This document shows, piece by piece, positions 1 through 12,352 of a stretch of 64,000 nt of DNA (position 1 is its first letter; every line of letters starts with the position of its first letter). Source of the stretch: Octopus sinensis (lineage: Eukaryota); contig NC_043002.1 in NCBI RefSeq assembly GCF_006345805.1, positions 20,708,001-20,772,000 of the forward strand, read 5' to 3'. The position numbers were made by a program, and so were the translations under genes. The notes under the pieces were generated by a model, which worked only from the letters and a program-made list of their open reading frames with translations, did no database searches and was not told the origin of the DNA.

Positions 1-545
1 CCACCACCACCACCACCACCACCACCACCACCACCACCCACCCACCAACCAACCAGCCAACCAACCTCCCGAATCTATTATTCTATCCTTACCCTCCCTT
101 AGTTTCTCCCACCCTCACACTAAATTCACTAAGTACCGCTACCAAACTTTCTTTGCCTGCGCCATCAAAAAAACAAAAAAAAACATACCTATTTCTTTAC
201 TATCCACAATGGGCTAAACACAGAGAGGACAAACAAGGACAGACAAACGGATTAAGTCGATTATATCGACTCCAGTGCGTAACTGGTACTTATTTAATCG
301 ACCTCGAAAGGATGAAAGGCAAAGTCGACCTCGGCGGAATTTGAACTCAGAACGTTGCGGCAGACGAAATCCCGCTAAGCATTTCGCCCGGCGTGCTAAC
401 GTTTCTGCCAGCTTAAATCATATAGTCGATCCTTCATACGAACTAGAAAGGAGCTTCGAGGTGGTTGCATGACCTGCTAAAAACATCAGCCAAATCCCCA
501 TCAATTCACACGTTAACCGTTTCAAAGAACGCCAAAGGAATTTTT

Positions 546-771
546 TATTCTTTTATTCTTTAACTTGTTTCAGTCATTTGACTGCGGCCATGCTGGAGCA
601 CCGCCTTTAGTCGAGCAAATCGACCCCAGGACTTATTCTTTGTAAACCTGGTACTTATTCTATCAGTCTCTTTTGCCGAGCCGCTAAGTTACGGGGACGT
701 AAAGGCTCCAGTATCGGTTGTCAAACGATGGTTGGGGAAAGGGCACAAACACAGACACACAAACATATGCA

Positions 772-805
<34 letters not shown>

Positions 806-807
806 GC

Positions 808-844
<37 letters not shown>

Positions 845-1185
845 GGGGGAAGGAGAATTGACACACACACAAAAAACAGGTGGTGTAGACAACAAACAGA
901 TGTATTAGTATAACGCTCGGGAAGTGAAAAAGTCTAAAACGTTTGAGCCTACGATCTTCCACAGAAAGGTACACAGAAAGGTACACAGAAAGAAACAGGG
1001 AGAGAAAATAAAGTATATATATATATATATATACGACGGGCCTCTTTCAGTTTCTGTCTGCCAAATCCACTTACAAGGCTTTGGTCGACCCGAAGCTATA
1101 GTAGAAGACACCTACCCAAAGTGCCAAGCAGTGGGGCTGAACCCTGAACCATGTGGTTCGTAAGCAAACTACTTACTACACACCA
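546..1185 (-). mobile_element. tRNA-derived bipartite SINE (family B) with an element nested in its internal microsatellite
   Basis: The 3' part (546-735) and tRNA-like head (about 1030-1185) match other copies in the window. They are separated by (TACA)/(GA)/(TA) repeats and a hammerhead-like element at about 865-1012. Confidence 0.8.
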
Positions 1186-1899
1186 CAAAAGAGCTGAAGC
1201 TCATCGTATAAGTCTGCTCGATCAGAGTTGACCTAGTGTTTACTACTACTACTACTACTACGTCCTATCTTTTTGCCTTTCACCCTTTCGGGGCCAATAA
1301 AATACGTACTAGGGGAGCACTAAGTAAAGTTATCTTCTCGTGTCATGTCGACTCATAAGGGCCGGTTTCCCGGGCGCCATGGCGTATATATTTCCCCAGC
1401 TGATGGGACGCCAGTCTGTCGTAGGATTACTCATTTTTGCCAGCTGAATGGACTGGAGCACCGTGAAATGAAGGGTTTTGTTCAAGAACACAATGCATCG
1501 CCCAGTCCAGGAATCGAAACCACAGTCTTACGATCAGGAATCCAACACCCTGACCACCAAGCCACGCGCCCCCACTAGGTGTGCACCGAGGTTGATGTAA
1601 TCGAGTAACCCCTGCCCCCAAAATTCAGGCCTTGTGCTTCAAAATTGAGGCGAGGTAGCATCACCACATTTAGACCATGTCTATGGTCTACAGGCAACTT
1701 AGGATGTAATGGTATCTCTTCTCATTCCCTCCAAACCAGTCTTTCAGGCATGGTCTTGCCAAATTGCCGTTGGCACTGTTTGTTTTCCTTTCAACGGTCC
1801 CTAATCTGGAATCCCGCGGTCCCTGGGTGTTCACAAACACAGTGGTTCTGGGGGCATTCGTGAGCTGAGTATAAAATTCGTTTAGCGTATATTTTATTT

Positions 1900-2266
1900 T
1901 ATTCTCTTACTCGTTCCAGTAATTTACTGCGGCCATGCTGGAGCACCGTCTTTAGTCGAACAAATCGACACCAGGACTTATTCTTAGTATTCATTCTATC
2001 GGTCTCTTTTACCGAGCCGCTAAGTTACGGGGACGTAAACACACGAACATCGGTTGTCAACCGATGGAGGGTGCACAGACACAGACACAAATACATACAC
2101 ATACATATATGACGGACTTCTTTCAGTTTCCATCTACCAAATCCACTCACAAGGCTTTGGTCGGCCCGAGGCTACAGTAAAAGACACTTGCCCAAGGTGC
2201 AATGCAGTAGGACTGAACTCGGAACCATGTGATTGGTAAGCAAGCTACTTACCACATAGCCACTCA
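1900..2266 (-). mobile_element. Family B SINE copy
   Basis: Same head (TGGCTATGTGGTAAG...GAGTTCAGTCC on the minus strand) and 3' module as the other copies. Confidence 0.8.
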
Positions 2267-2516
2267 TCTATTTTTTTTATCTTTTACTTGTTTCAGTCAT
2301 TAGACTGCGACAATAAAAACTGTCTCACGCTGGATTTTCTTTGGAGGGGGACAGTCGAACACATCGACCCCCAGTACTCAACTGGTGTTTAATTTATCGA
2401 TCCCGAAAGGATGAAAGGCAAAGTCAACCACGGCGACATTTGAACTCAGAACGTAACTACTGGTGAAATACCGCTAAACATTTAGCCCGGCGTACTAACG
2501 AGTCTGCCAGCTCGCC

Positions 2517-2564
<48 letters not shown>

Positions 2565-5458
2565 TAATAATAATAATAATTTAACGAGGCGATCAGGCAG
2601 AGTTGTTAGCTCGTCGGACAATATACTTAGCGGCATTTCATCCGTCTTTGCGTTCTGGTTTCGATTTAGCCTTTCATCCTTTCAGGGTTGATAAAATAAG
2701 TGCCAGTTGATCACTGAGGTCGATGTAATCGACTTAAACCTCCCCTTAATTGCTGGCCTTGTGCCAAAATTTGAAACCAATATTAATTATGATTATAAAA
2801 TTATTATTAACCTTATTATTATTGTGGAGAAGGCAGCGAACTGGTAGAATCGTTACCAGGCTAGTCAAAATATTTAGTTGCATGTCATCCGTGTTTACAT
2901 CCCGAGGTCAAATTCCGCCGAGGTCGACTTTGCCTTTCGTCGTTTGGAGATCGATAAGATAAGTATCAGTGAATTTCTGAGATTGTAGCAATTGATTTCC
3001 CTCTCCTCTCAAAAACTGCTGGCCTTGTGCCAAAATTTGAAACCATTGTTGTTATTAGGTAGGTGACCTTACTGAGGTTCTAATGATTAACACACAGCTG
3101 TCTATAATTTGCCTACAAAAATACACCGAGAAAAGACAAATATGCATACACGAGCGCCAATGATTTACCTAAACGCAAGTCACATGACAAATATCGTTAC
3201 ACAGTGTGGTTGAGAGAGAGTCTTTGCTTTTGCTGCACAATACGTTACAAAGTTCGTGAACCTGTTGTGATTCTCTGTTGTACATTCATTTCAATATAAT
3301 TTTGATAATGCCTTAGTTACATACATAAGGGTAATATCCTATTCCCCAACAATACATAAATCTTAGGCTTCTCGATTATCTGGATAACTAAATTATAAGC
3401 AGAAGCATGGTTAAATATTCACTTCGCAATCACATGGTACCGGTTTCGAGTTATCATCACATCACCTTATGCAAATAACTTGTACCACAGCCTCGATTCA
3501 ACTCCATTCGATAGACGAAACTATGGAAGCCCATCAATTTGACTTTCGTAATTCATCTCCCGGTCTAATACCGTCACCAGGTTCTTAGGTACATTTAATG
3601 TAGTGTTCTCCATTGCAGTTATTTCGGTCAATTCTAGAACGGCGAGCTGGTGGAATCGCTGGCGTGTAGGAGAAAATATAGTCTGCAGAATTTGTTCTAG
3701 CTCCTTACGTTCCGAGTTCAAATTCTGCAGGGATCAGCTTTGCATTTTATTCTTTCGGGCTTGATAAAATAAGTGCCAGTTGAGCTCTGTGGTCGATGGA
3801 ATCGAATTGTCCTCTCCCCTAAAATTGCTGGTCTTATTTCGAAGTTTGAAGCCATTATTTTGGAATTATTCTAGAGCGGCGAGCTGGTAGAATTGTTACA
3901 GCATCAGAAAATGTTTTGAGATATTTGTTCCAGCTTCTTATCGGGACTTCTGAGTTCAATTGTCTCCGAGGTTAACTTTCTCTTTCATCCTTCCGGGGTT
4001 GACAATAAAGTACCATTCGAGTACTGAAGTCGATAAAATCGACAAGCCCCTTTCCTCAAAATCGTTAACTTTGTGATTAGGTTAGAAACCATTATTTTGG
4101 CCAGTTCACTAGTCTGAAGACAATTTCGACTCTTCATCTCACCAGTTTCAGAAGCCCTATAAAAGGCTATGGACCTTACTCCTCTACCTTTGATTGAGCC
4201 AAGAAAGACTGAGAAAATGCCTTGCTGTATGTTCCATGTTCAAATTCCGCAGACGTCAACTTTGCTTTCATCTTTCCGGGGTCGATAAAGTACCACTGAA
4301 ATATTAGGAGTAGATTTCATATACTAAGCCACTTCTCCGGATTTCCTGCTCTTTTGCTTATATTAGAAACGAGTATTTGAATATTTAGGTCGGTTGGTGG
4401 GTGGGATTTTAGAGCGTCGGATAATTGGTTGTTTACATTCTGAGTTCAAATCCTGCCGAGATCAACTTTGTCTTTCATCCTTTCGAGATCGATAAAATAA
4501 AGTACAAATCATGTATTGGATGTAATTTAATCACAGGTCTACTCAATAAGTGTTGACCTAGGGCTAAACAAAAGCATCAAGACTCTAGATTACACCTGCA
4601 ATTGGTTATTCGACCAATAATCGTGCCAGACTTTCTACTTGATTAGCCCTCATCGAACAGAAGAGTTGGGCTTACAACAAGTTCGTTGCTGCTGCTGTAG
4701 CTTTCCTTTGTTGACAGAAAACCATAAATTTGTTGTAAAAAAAACTGATCTAAAACTTGTTAATGTAGTGTGTGTGGGGGGGGTGGCAGATGCTGAACCA
4801 GCCCGCATCTCGTTTGACTCTACGCCCTTATCTCTCCAAGCTTTTTTGCCTTCATTCGTTCATGTCTTGTCATAAACACGAATATGTACACACTTGGTAT
4901 TGCTTATCCATGGATTAAAAATTCCGAGCCTTTTAAACCTTGAGTACAGTGTGTTTTAGGTATTTTAAACAATTCCTTCTCCAAAACCAATCATAATTGA
5001 TTTTCTTCCAAAGTATTCTTCCAGAAGGAGGAATAATCGATCTCAGTACTAGACAAGTCTATTTATTTATCGTCCCTGAAGTTGACTTCAACAGAAATTG
5101 AGCTCTGGGTGTTGGAATGAATACCACGTTCTAACGGCTTTGCGAAGTCGTAACCATTTGGATAAACGGTTGGGTTTTCAAAGATACCAACACAAAAGAA
5201 AATACTGTTGAAATAATGACTTCAAATTTTGGCACAAAGACGGCAATTTCGGGGAAGGATTAAGTCGATTACATCCCGAGTGGGTGAAAGAAAGTCGACA
5301 TCGGCAGAATTTGAACTCAGGATGTAAAGACGGACGAAATACCGCTAAGTATTTCGTCCGGCCGATTCTGCCAGCTTGCCGCCTTATAGTTAGTTTCTGT
5401 TGACCCTAGATGTTATTAAACGAAAAAATGAGCGAAACCGTAAAGGCTGAACAATCTG

Positions 5459-5511
<53 letters not shown>

Positions 5512-6553
5512 AAAAGGAGGAAATATAACTTTTTTTTTTTTCACTTGGATTTCCGTTTAATTTAAGAACATTTAGTGAAATAAAGTATGAAACACCCTGC
5601 TTTGATAATCTACTTATTCTTTTCTGGCAAATATTAGACTTCATCCTATCCTTTTCCTATTTTCTTCCTCTGATATTTTATTCAATGGAAGCAATAGATG
5701 TAAGATCGTTTATTGAATTATGTTTAAAAACCAATTTCGGAGGTGAATTTTTATCATCTGTGTACACGCCAACACAACAGTAAATAAAAGTTGCTGATTT
5801 TGTGATAGAAGACACAGCTAGCTTTATATATTTTCTTAATTCCACAGTTTGTTTGAAGGGATCTCATAAATAAAGAAAAACCTCATTTTTGTAGCGGTGT
5901 TTTGAAATAACTATCCTTGCGCCATGGGGAAAGAATAGGGCACCGAACTTGAAATGGGAACAAAATTGTAAAAAAAAAAAAAATTTTTTTTTTTGGTAAA
6001 GGGCACGATACTGGAAGTGGGGCAAAAATGTAAAAAAAAAAATCTTTTTTTGAAAAAGTTCTTTCAGAATCATAATTCCTGTTGTATGAAAGACAAAGCC
6101 CTAAAATATGAGAGGGGTGAATGGAGGGAGTCATCCAATGTTGTGCCCTTATTCTTGCTCATGAGGTGTGTGTGTGTGTGTGTTTGGGGCCATTCCAAAA
6201 CTCCGCCGGCATCATACTCAAATAACGAGTCTATGAAATACAATAATTTTTGTCTCCTTTCATATGCACTACGATGGAGGAACAACAATAACAATGATAA
6301 TAAATATTGTATCGACTGACCACATACTTAGTGGTCAGTCCATACGATGATAAGCGACACGATGACGAGGCTAGACATCGTAGCAAAAATCTCTCTCAAA
6401 TCACATTCTAAGTTTCAGAAAAGAAAAAAAAGATGAAAGATAAGTTGAATCAAAGAGATGAGATGATCGGGAATCTGACGTCTTTGAACATAAATTCGAT
6501 TGGAGTAAATCTGGCCTGATGCAAAACAACAACAATTATTGGGACTTCTTTTA

Positions 6554-6829
6554 GGTACTACTAAAGAACAGTGGTCCCGTCCCGGTGCGCGCACTCGCGT
6601 ACTCGCGCATCAGCGCCAGCTAGTCGTGACTAGTCGATCCTACAACGACTACCTAGCAAAGTAAATAAAACACAAAATAAATACATTATTTTTACACAAA
6701 TAATTTTTGTTAAACAAAGTAAATAAAACGCAAAAAACACAAAGTAAGGATCGACTAGTCATGACTAGCTAGCGCGGATGCGCGAATACGCGAGTGCGCG
6801 CACCGGGACCACTGTTATTAAGTAGTACC
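6554..6829. mobile_element. MITE with about 85-bp terminal inverted repeats and a perfect 9-bp TSD (Merlin- or Mutator-like)
   Basis: Left arm GGTACTACTAAAGAACAGTGGTCCCG...GACTAGTCGATCCT mirrors right arm AGGATCGACTAGTC...GGGACCACTGTTATTAAGTAGTACC. CTTCTTTTA lies at both 6545-6553 and 6830-6838. Confidence 0.85.
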
Positions 6830-8160
6830 CTTCTTTTATACACCCTAATTGAATAAAAAGCAAAAAAAAAAAAAAAGTTGGCAGCAGCATGATTTGAACT
6901 CGGGACCTAAAGATGACAAATATTTCTATATATGTATCACACTAGGGTGTCCATTATGTCAACAATAATATTATTATAGACAATACCCAGTAACCTACTG
7001 ACTGTCGCGTTGTTGACTTCTCCCCTCCCGATATTTTCTGTATAGAAATTTACCCTCGAGTTGCGATGATCCCGTTTAAAAAATTTCAATAAATAAATAG
7101 ATAAATAAACACCCTTTCCCCGCCCCAAGTAGATAGAGGTATAGGGGCTCTTTAGTCAAGATCCTTACTTTTTAATCAATACGGAGAGTGGTAATAATAA
7201 TTTATTACTTAGATGCAGACGGTAGTCGGAGGTGATATGATTGTGTTACATTCATGCCTTTCTCAAGTAAATGGAACGAAAGGATATTCTGTTCGCTGTG
7301 GGGAGCGATGAGATTGGAACTATTACTTGAAGGTTACCGCTTGCTTACTTGCTCTCTCTCAACACACACACATATATATGGATGGAGATAGAGAGAGGAG
7401 AGAGGGAGGAAGAGAGTGATCTTTGCTGGCTCCTGATATATAGGAAAGCAAAAAAAAAACTAAGCAAGGGGCCGAATTCAATAGAGACACTAAATACTAT
7501 ATATGGATGGATATGAAAGAGCAGGAAAAGGGAGTCTCAACAAAGTAACCCGGCTTGCTAAAAAGAGCAGCCAAATCTTCTGTAAATTGTAGCCCGTTAT
7601 CTTAAACAACGAGGAGTCACATTAAACTGATGTAGGCTTAGATGCACTTACAAAAAAGAAAAAAGAGAGGATGGCCACGACTGGATGCCTTTCTTCAAAA
7701 GTTTGCTGGATGAAGGATGACCTGAGGTCAAAAAACAACGAAAACGAGCTACCGAGATAATCATTACAACGTGATCGCTCGGCTTGCTAGAAATAGCAGC
7801 CACATATGTTTTAAAAATGAAAGAACTTTAGATAATGTAGTCCTAGGTACCCCTAAAAACAGTTGAATGTTTAGAATAGCTGTCCCATGAAGTCCCACAC
7901 CTCATGGAGAAGGGAAAAGGTACGAAAATAAGATGGGGGTGTAAAAATGTAAAAATTTAAAAAATTATTTTTTTGGAATCATAATTTCCGTTTTATAAAG
8001 CATGGGAATATTTAAAAAGCAAAAAAAAAAAAAAAAATGAAAGCAAAACTACTCTTTTCTCTTTGTGATAGTCACGACTGGAGCAGTGCGAGGATCAGTG
8101 CGAGAAAATAGTAATGATAGCGAAATCAAGTGAATGAAAATGAAATGAAGGTCTACTCAC

Positions 8161-8458
8161 GCCGACACACATAGGTGTAATCCGTGCAACAGTCGTTTAA
8201 CTGGGAACAGCCTTCGTCACAGAAACATCGACGTTGTGGTTTCGATATAACGTCGGCGCTTTCATCCAGAGTGTCATTTTCCTGTGAAACTGTTAGATTT
8301 GCCGCGTTTCTCGGTTCTCCGTATGTCCAACATGTATTGTCCCGTCCGTTGCAGCAGAGGTTATGCTGTTGACAACTGCATTCCACAAAATCCACGAGAT
8401 ATCCAGCCGCACAGAACAGCGCGAGAAAGAAAGCCAAACATTTTGTCGACTTCATCAT
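8161..8458 (-). CDS. SBSPON: First coding exon of a somatomedin-B and thrombospondin type-1 domain-containing protein (SBSPON/RPE-spondin-like): signal peptide plus SMB domain
   Basis: Translates as MMKSTKCLAFFLALFCAAGYLVDFVEC (signal-peptide-like) then C-x5-CC-x-GRD-x2-C...CFCDEGC-x5-CCTDYTYVC, matching the SBSPON SMB pattern as I recall it (CCPGRDPAC...CFCDQAC-x5-CCFDY). The x5 spacing and GRD favour SBSPON over TINAG/TINAGL1 (x6). ATG context is AAGATG. The exon ends CGG C|GTGAGT (phase-1 donor at 8160), so the ORF-track stop at 8153 is intronic. Confidence 0.82.
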
Positions 8459-9499
8459 CTTTCGGTTTCACTAACTTTCTAACGGTGACAGCTTTGTTTT
8501 ACAGTGTACTTAAAGCGCTAAATCTGTGTGTGTATGTGTGTACAGCAGAGAAGGGGGAGGAGAAGAAATTTTATATGTTTATATATCGCATTAGATGTAT
8601 GCAGAAATTTAGTGATTATGCTAAGGGTTTTTTTTTCTCTTCTTTTGCTCAGATGAACATCACAAGCAGAATATAACCTCAAAATAATTAAAGAACTATA
8701 TAATTCTGATATTTTCCCGTGTAAATAAAGATGATAACTCTATCTTTCGAATCTTGCTGATTTTCGTCAATTTCCAATTAAATTAAATTACCGAAGTTTG
8801 CTTGTGTGTGCATATATATATATTTATATGTATATCTGTATGAATATATGTATAAATGCATATATAATGATAATAGAGATAATCCAGTCGGGTTTTCACT
8901 TTGCCTGAATTCACTCAACGAAGTAAATGAGCCTTTGAAATATGTTTTTCTTTTTAAAGAAAAGTTTTAAAAATTGCTCAACGTGAGAAAATTCTTGGCC
9001 GAGGGGATAAACGGGAGTTGTTTCGTATCCCCCTTTTTTGTTCTAATTAATTTTACTGTTTGAAGGTTTAACTCCTTCTTGTTTGGGGAGTTTTATTTAT
9101 GGTTGTGTCTACTAAGCTACTTTGCAATTTTCTTTGCCCCTTCTTTCAGTAGCTTTTACCGTGAGGCTGTTTCGTTTGGTTGTACAACCGAACTCCTTCA
9201 CGCAGCAAATGAGAGAAGCTGGCTGCCGTCTGTGACAGAAAGGCAGAAAGAAAGACAGGGGAGGGGAAAGAGAGAGAGAATAAAACACAGTTGTACACAA
9301 AATAGAGAAAGAAAGAAAGAGTAAGGCAGGATAATGTAGTAGGAGGGGGAGGAGTGAATCGGAGAGATGAGAGCGCGCGTGTGTTATGTGTGCATGTGTC
9401 TGTGTGTTTGTGCGTGTGTGAGTGACAAGCTAACAGGCTGCAGGCAAGGCTAGCTGTCTGGTTGGTGCTCGGCACTTCATTTATTTCTATGTTCGTTTA

Positions 9500-9810
9500 C
9501 TATTTCTTAGCATGCGAAAGTCTGTTTGGGCGCCATCTCTTTCTTTCTTTCTCGCATATACTCACACACTTACACATTAACGAACACGCAACTTAAAGGT
9601 GTCTGACAATGATGGAAAAACAAAACAAAAATACAAACAAAAAATGGAAATAAAAGGAGGAAAAAAAAATGTAAGGAAGCAGAGATGAGAGATGAATTTG
9701 CCATATGTGATTCGTAGTAGAATTCCAGCGTTTTCATTGGTCAAGTTGATTCTGCTGCTGAAGGCATGCGCGGTTTGTGATTGCTCCAAACTATCGGCTT
9801 CACGTGAAGA
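9500..9810 (-). promoter_or_regulatory. Candidate promoter or regulatory motif cluster upstream of the SBSPON-like exon
   Basis: Non-repetitive, CpG-retaining stretch with palindrome CTTCACGTGAAG (9798-9809), NRF1-like GCATGCGC (9764-9771), CCAAT on the minus strand (ATTGG 9736-9740) and YY1-like GAGATGGCG on the minus strand (9531-9539). These are motif matches only. Confidence 0.3.
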
Positions 9811-9950
9811 GGGGGAGAGGGAGGTGTGTAAGAAGAAGAGGGGGGGGGAAATCTGGGAGAGTGTTGGATATGGAAAGATGAAGAGAAAGAGGAAGCTGGA
9901 TATATAGACATAAATGGACAGGAAGATGAAGCTCATATATGTATATATAT

Positions 9951-10320
9951 AGGTGCAGGCGTGGCTGTGTGACATGGAGCTTGCTTCCCAGCCACGTGGT
10001 TCCGGGTTCGGTCCCACTGCATGGCACCTTGGGCAAGTGTCTTCTACTATGGCCTCGGGCCGACCAAAGCCTTATGAGTGGATTTGGTTGACAGAAACTG
10101 AAAGTATATATATATGCGTGTGTGTGTGTCTTTCTGCCTGTGTTTGTTCTCCCACCACCGCTTGACAACCGGTGTTGGTGTGTTTATGTCCCCGTAACTT
10201 AGCAGTTCGACAAAAGAGATCATTGAATAAGTACCAGGCTTAAAAAACGGACTGGAATCGATTCATTCTTCAAAGCAGTGCTCCAGCATGGCTCAGTCTA
10301 ATGAGTGTAGCAGGTAAAAT
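9951..10320 (+). mobile_element. Family B SINE copy
   Basis: A-box/B-box-like head TGGCTGTGTGA...GGGTTCGGTCC, internal (TA)/(TG) tract and conserved 3' module. Confidence 0.8.
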
Positions 10321-10854
10321 GTTCAAAAAAATTAAAAGTAATACACACACACACACACACACACACAGAGAGAATATATATGGATATGTATAATGCCTGT
10401 TCATACACACACACACATACATACATATGTAAATGTGTGTGTACACGCGGGCGTGTGTGCATACGTGTTTGCGTGTGTGCAAATGTCTTGTGCAGGTTTC
10501 CTTTATCTGTCTATTTGTTTCAGTCATTGAGCTGTGGTCATGCTGGGGCACTGTCTTGAAAGGGTTAGTCGAATGAATCGGCTTTAGTATTTTTTTAAGC
10601 CTGCGAACCGCCAAGTTACGGGGACGCAAACAAACCAGCACGGGTTTTCTATCGGGAGCGGGGAACAAACATGCACGCAAAGAAACACACAAATACATGT
10701 GTATATATAATATATATAACAGGCTTCTTTCAATTTCCATCTGCCAAATCTACGCACAATCTATATGTGAATATATGTGTGCGCGCACACCCACACACCC
10801 ACACACACACACTTTTTCCAGAAGTCTATGAAAAAAAAAAAAGCTGTTTAAAAT

Positions 10855-11240
10855 ACTCTTTTACTTGTTTCAGTCATTTGACTGTGGCTATGGTGGAGCA
10901 CCGCCTTTAGTCGAGCAAATCGACCCCGGGACTTATTTTTCGTAAGCCTAGTACTTATTCTATCGGTTCTTTTGCCGAACCGCTAAGTTACGGGGACGTA
11001 AATACACCAGCATCGGTTGTCAAGCGATGTGGGGGGAGGGGCGACAAACACAGACACACATATGTTCATATATACGACGGCTTCTTTCAGTTTCCGTCTA
11101 CCAAATCCACTCACAAGGCTTTGGTCGGCCCGAGGCTATAGTAGAAGACACTTGCCCAAGGTGCCACGCAGTGGGACTGAACCCGGAAGCATGTGGTTCG
11201 TAAGCAAGCTACTTACTACACATCCACTTCTACGCCTATA
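10855..11240 (-). mobile_element. Family B SINE copy
   Basis: Near full-length reverse-complement match to the 20315-20722 copy. Confidence 0.8.
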
Positions 11241-12059
11241 ATATTGATTTTCAATTTTGGCACAGAGCCAAATATTTGGGAGCAGAGGTGGGGTAATTCG
11301 ATCAGGTACTTATCAAATACCTCGAAAGGATGAAAGGCAATGTCGACCACGGCGGAATTTGAACTCAGATCGTGAAGACGTACGAAATGTCACTAAGCAC
11401 TTCGGCCGACGTGCTAACGATTCTGTCAGCACGCCGCCTTAAGCTGTTTAAAATATCAAAATAAAAAGTCAGATAATATTTGAAGGTCCGTCAAATTTAG
11501 GTAAATGTCGAAATTTCTAAAGATGCACAAATACTTTGTGAAAATCTTTATCGATCCTCACTGAAAGAGAAGACTCAAAATGAAGCTTTACTCTCTGACT
11601 GTAAGGTTTCAAATCAAACAAGATAACCCGTCTTCTACAGAAAAAAAAATCAAAGAAAAAACCCACCAAAAACATACAAAGCAAAATATTGTAATCAAAT
11701 TTATACTTTAGTATTGCTTTTTTCTATTTTTCTTGAGTCCTAGCGTTCATAAGGGTGGTCACTCGGTTTCCATGGGTGTATAAGAGACCGAGATCACATT
11801 ATCTCTGAAAAGGGTGCCAGTCGTTGCAGGGCTGAAGGTCAGGAATTTTGTGAGGAGGGGACATGATGATTACATCGACCCCCACCCCGCCCCGCTACTT
11901 GACTGATACTTTATTTTATCGATTGTGAAGGGATGAAAGGCAAAACTAACCTCGGCGGATTTGAACTCAAAACGTAAAGATCGGGAAGAAATAACGCTAA
12001 GCCTTTTTGCCTAGTTCGCTAAATATTCTACCAGTTTGACACCTTGATAATCCTTTCTA

Positions 12060-12352
12060 AGATAGGTTGTTGTTTGTTCCTTCTTGAGCCACACCTGGTT
12101 CATAAGGGCCGGTTTCCCGGTTTCCTTGGCGTATATGTTCCCACCTGGACGGGACGCCGGTCCTTCGCAGGTGAGCTGCACGATGCAGGAGGAAAGAATC
12201 AGCAGAAGTTCGCCATTACCTTCTGTCGGAGTCGCGTAGAGCTTAGGTTTTTTCGCTCATAAACACACACATCGCCCGGTCTGAGATTCGAACCCGCGAT
12301 CCCTCAACTGCAAGTCCGCTGCTCTAACCACTAGGCCATGTGCCTCCACTCT
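12060..12352 (-). mobile_element. tRNA-derived SINE (family C)
   Basis: Minus-strand head GGCACATGGCCTAGTGGTTAGAGC...GGGTTCGAATCTC; the body matches the copy at 26156-26460. Confidence 0.75.

Noticed and set aside
153-472. Recurring short ORFs such as MRNWYLFNRPRK and [31 protein letters not shown]
   Set aside because: They are repeated translations of non-coding SINE bodies, not a protein family.
6314-6340. Perfect 10-bp hairpin GACTGACCAC-N7-GTGGTCAGTC
   Set aside because: It is isolated, with no Helitron-type CTRR at the expected distance and no miRNA-length stem; it may be chance.
1-8160. Second (TSP1) exon of the SBSPON-like gene
   Set aside because: I found no WxxWSxC-type reading on the minus strand; it probably lies outside the window or was missed.
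12270-12352. Possible tRNA genes at SINE heads (also 23960-24045, 26156-26230, 30700-30785)
   Set aside because: A and B boxes are present, but the sequences continue into SINE bodies and lack a complete cloverleaf.
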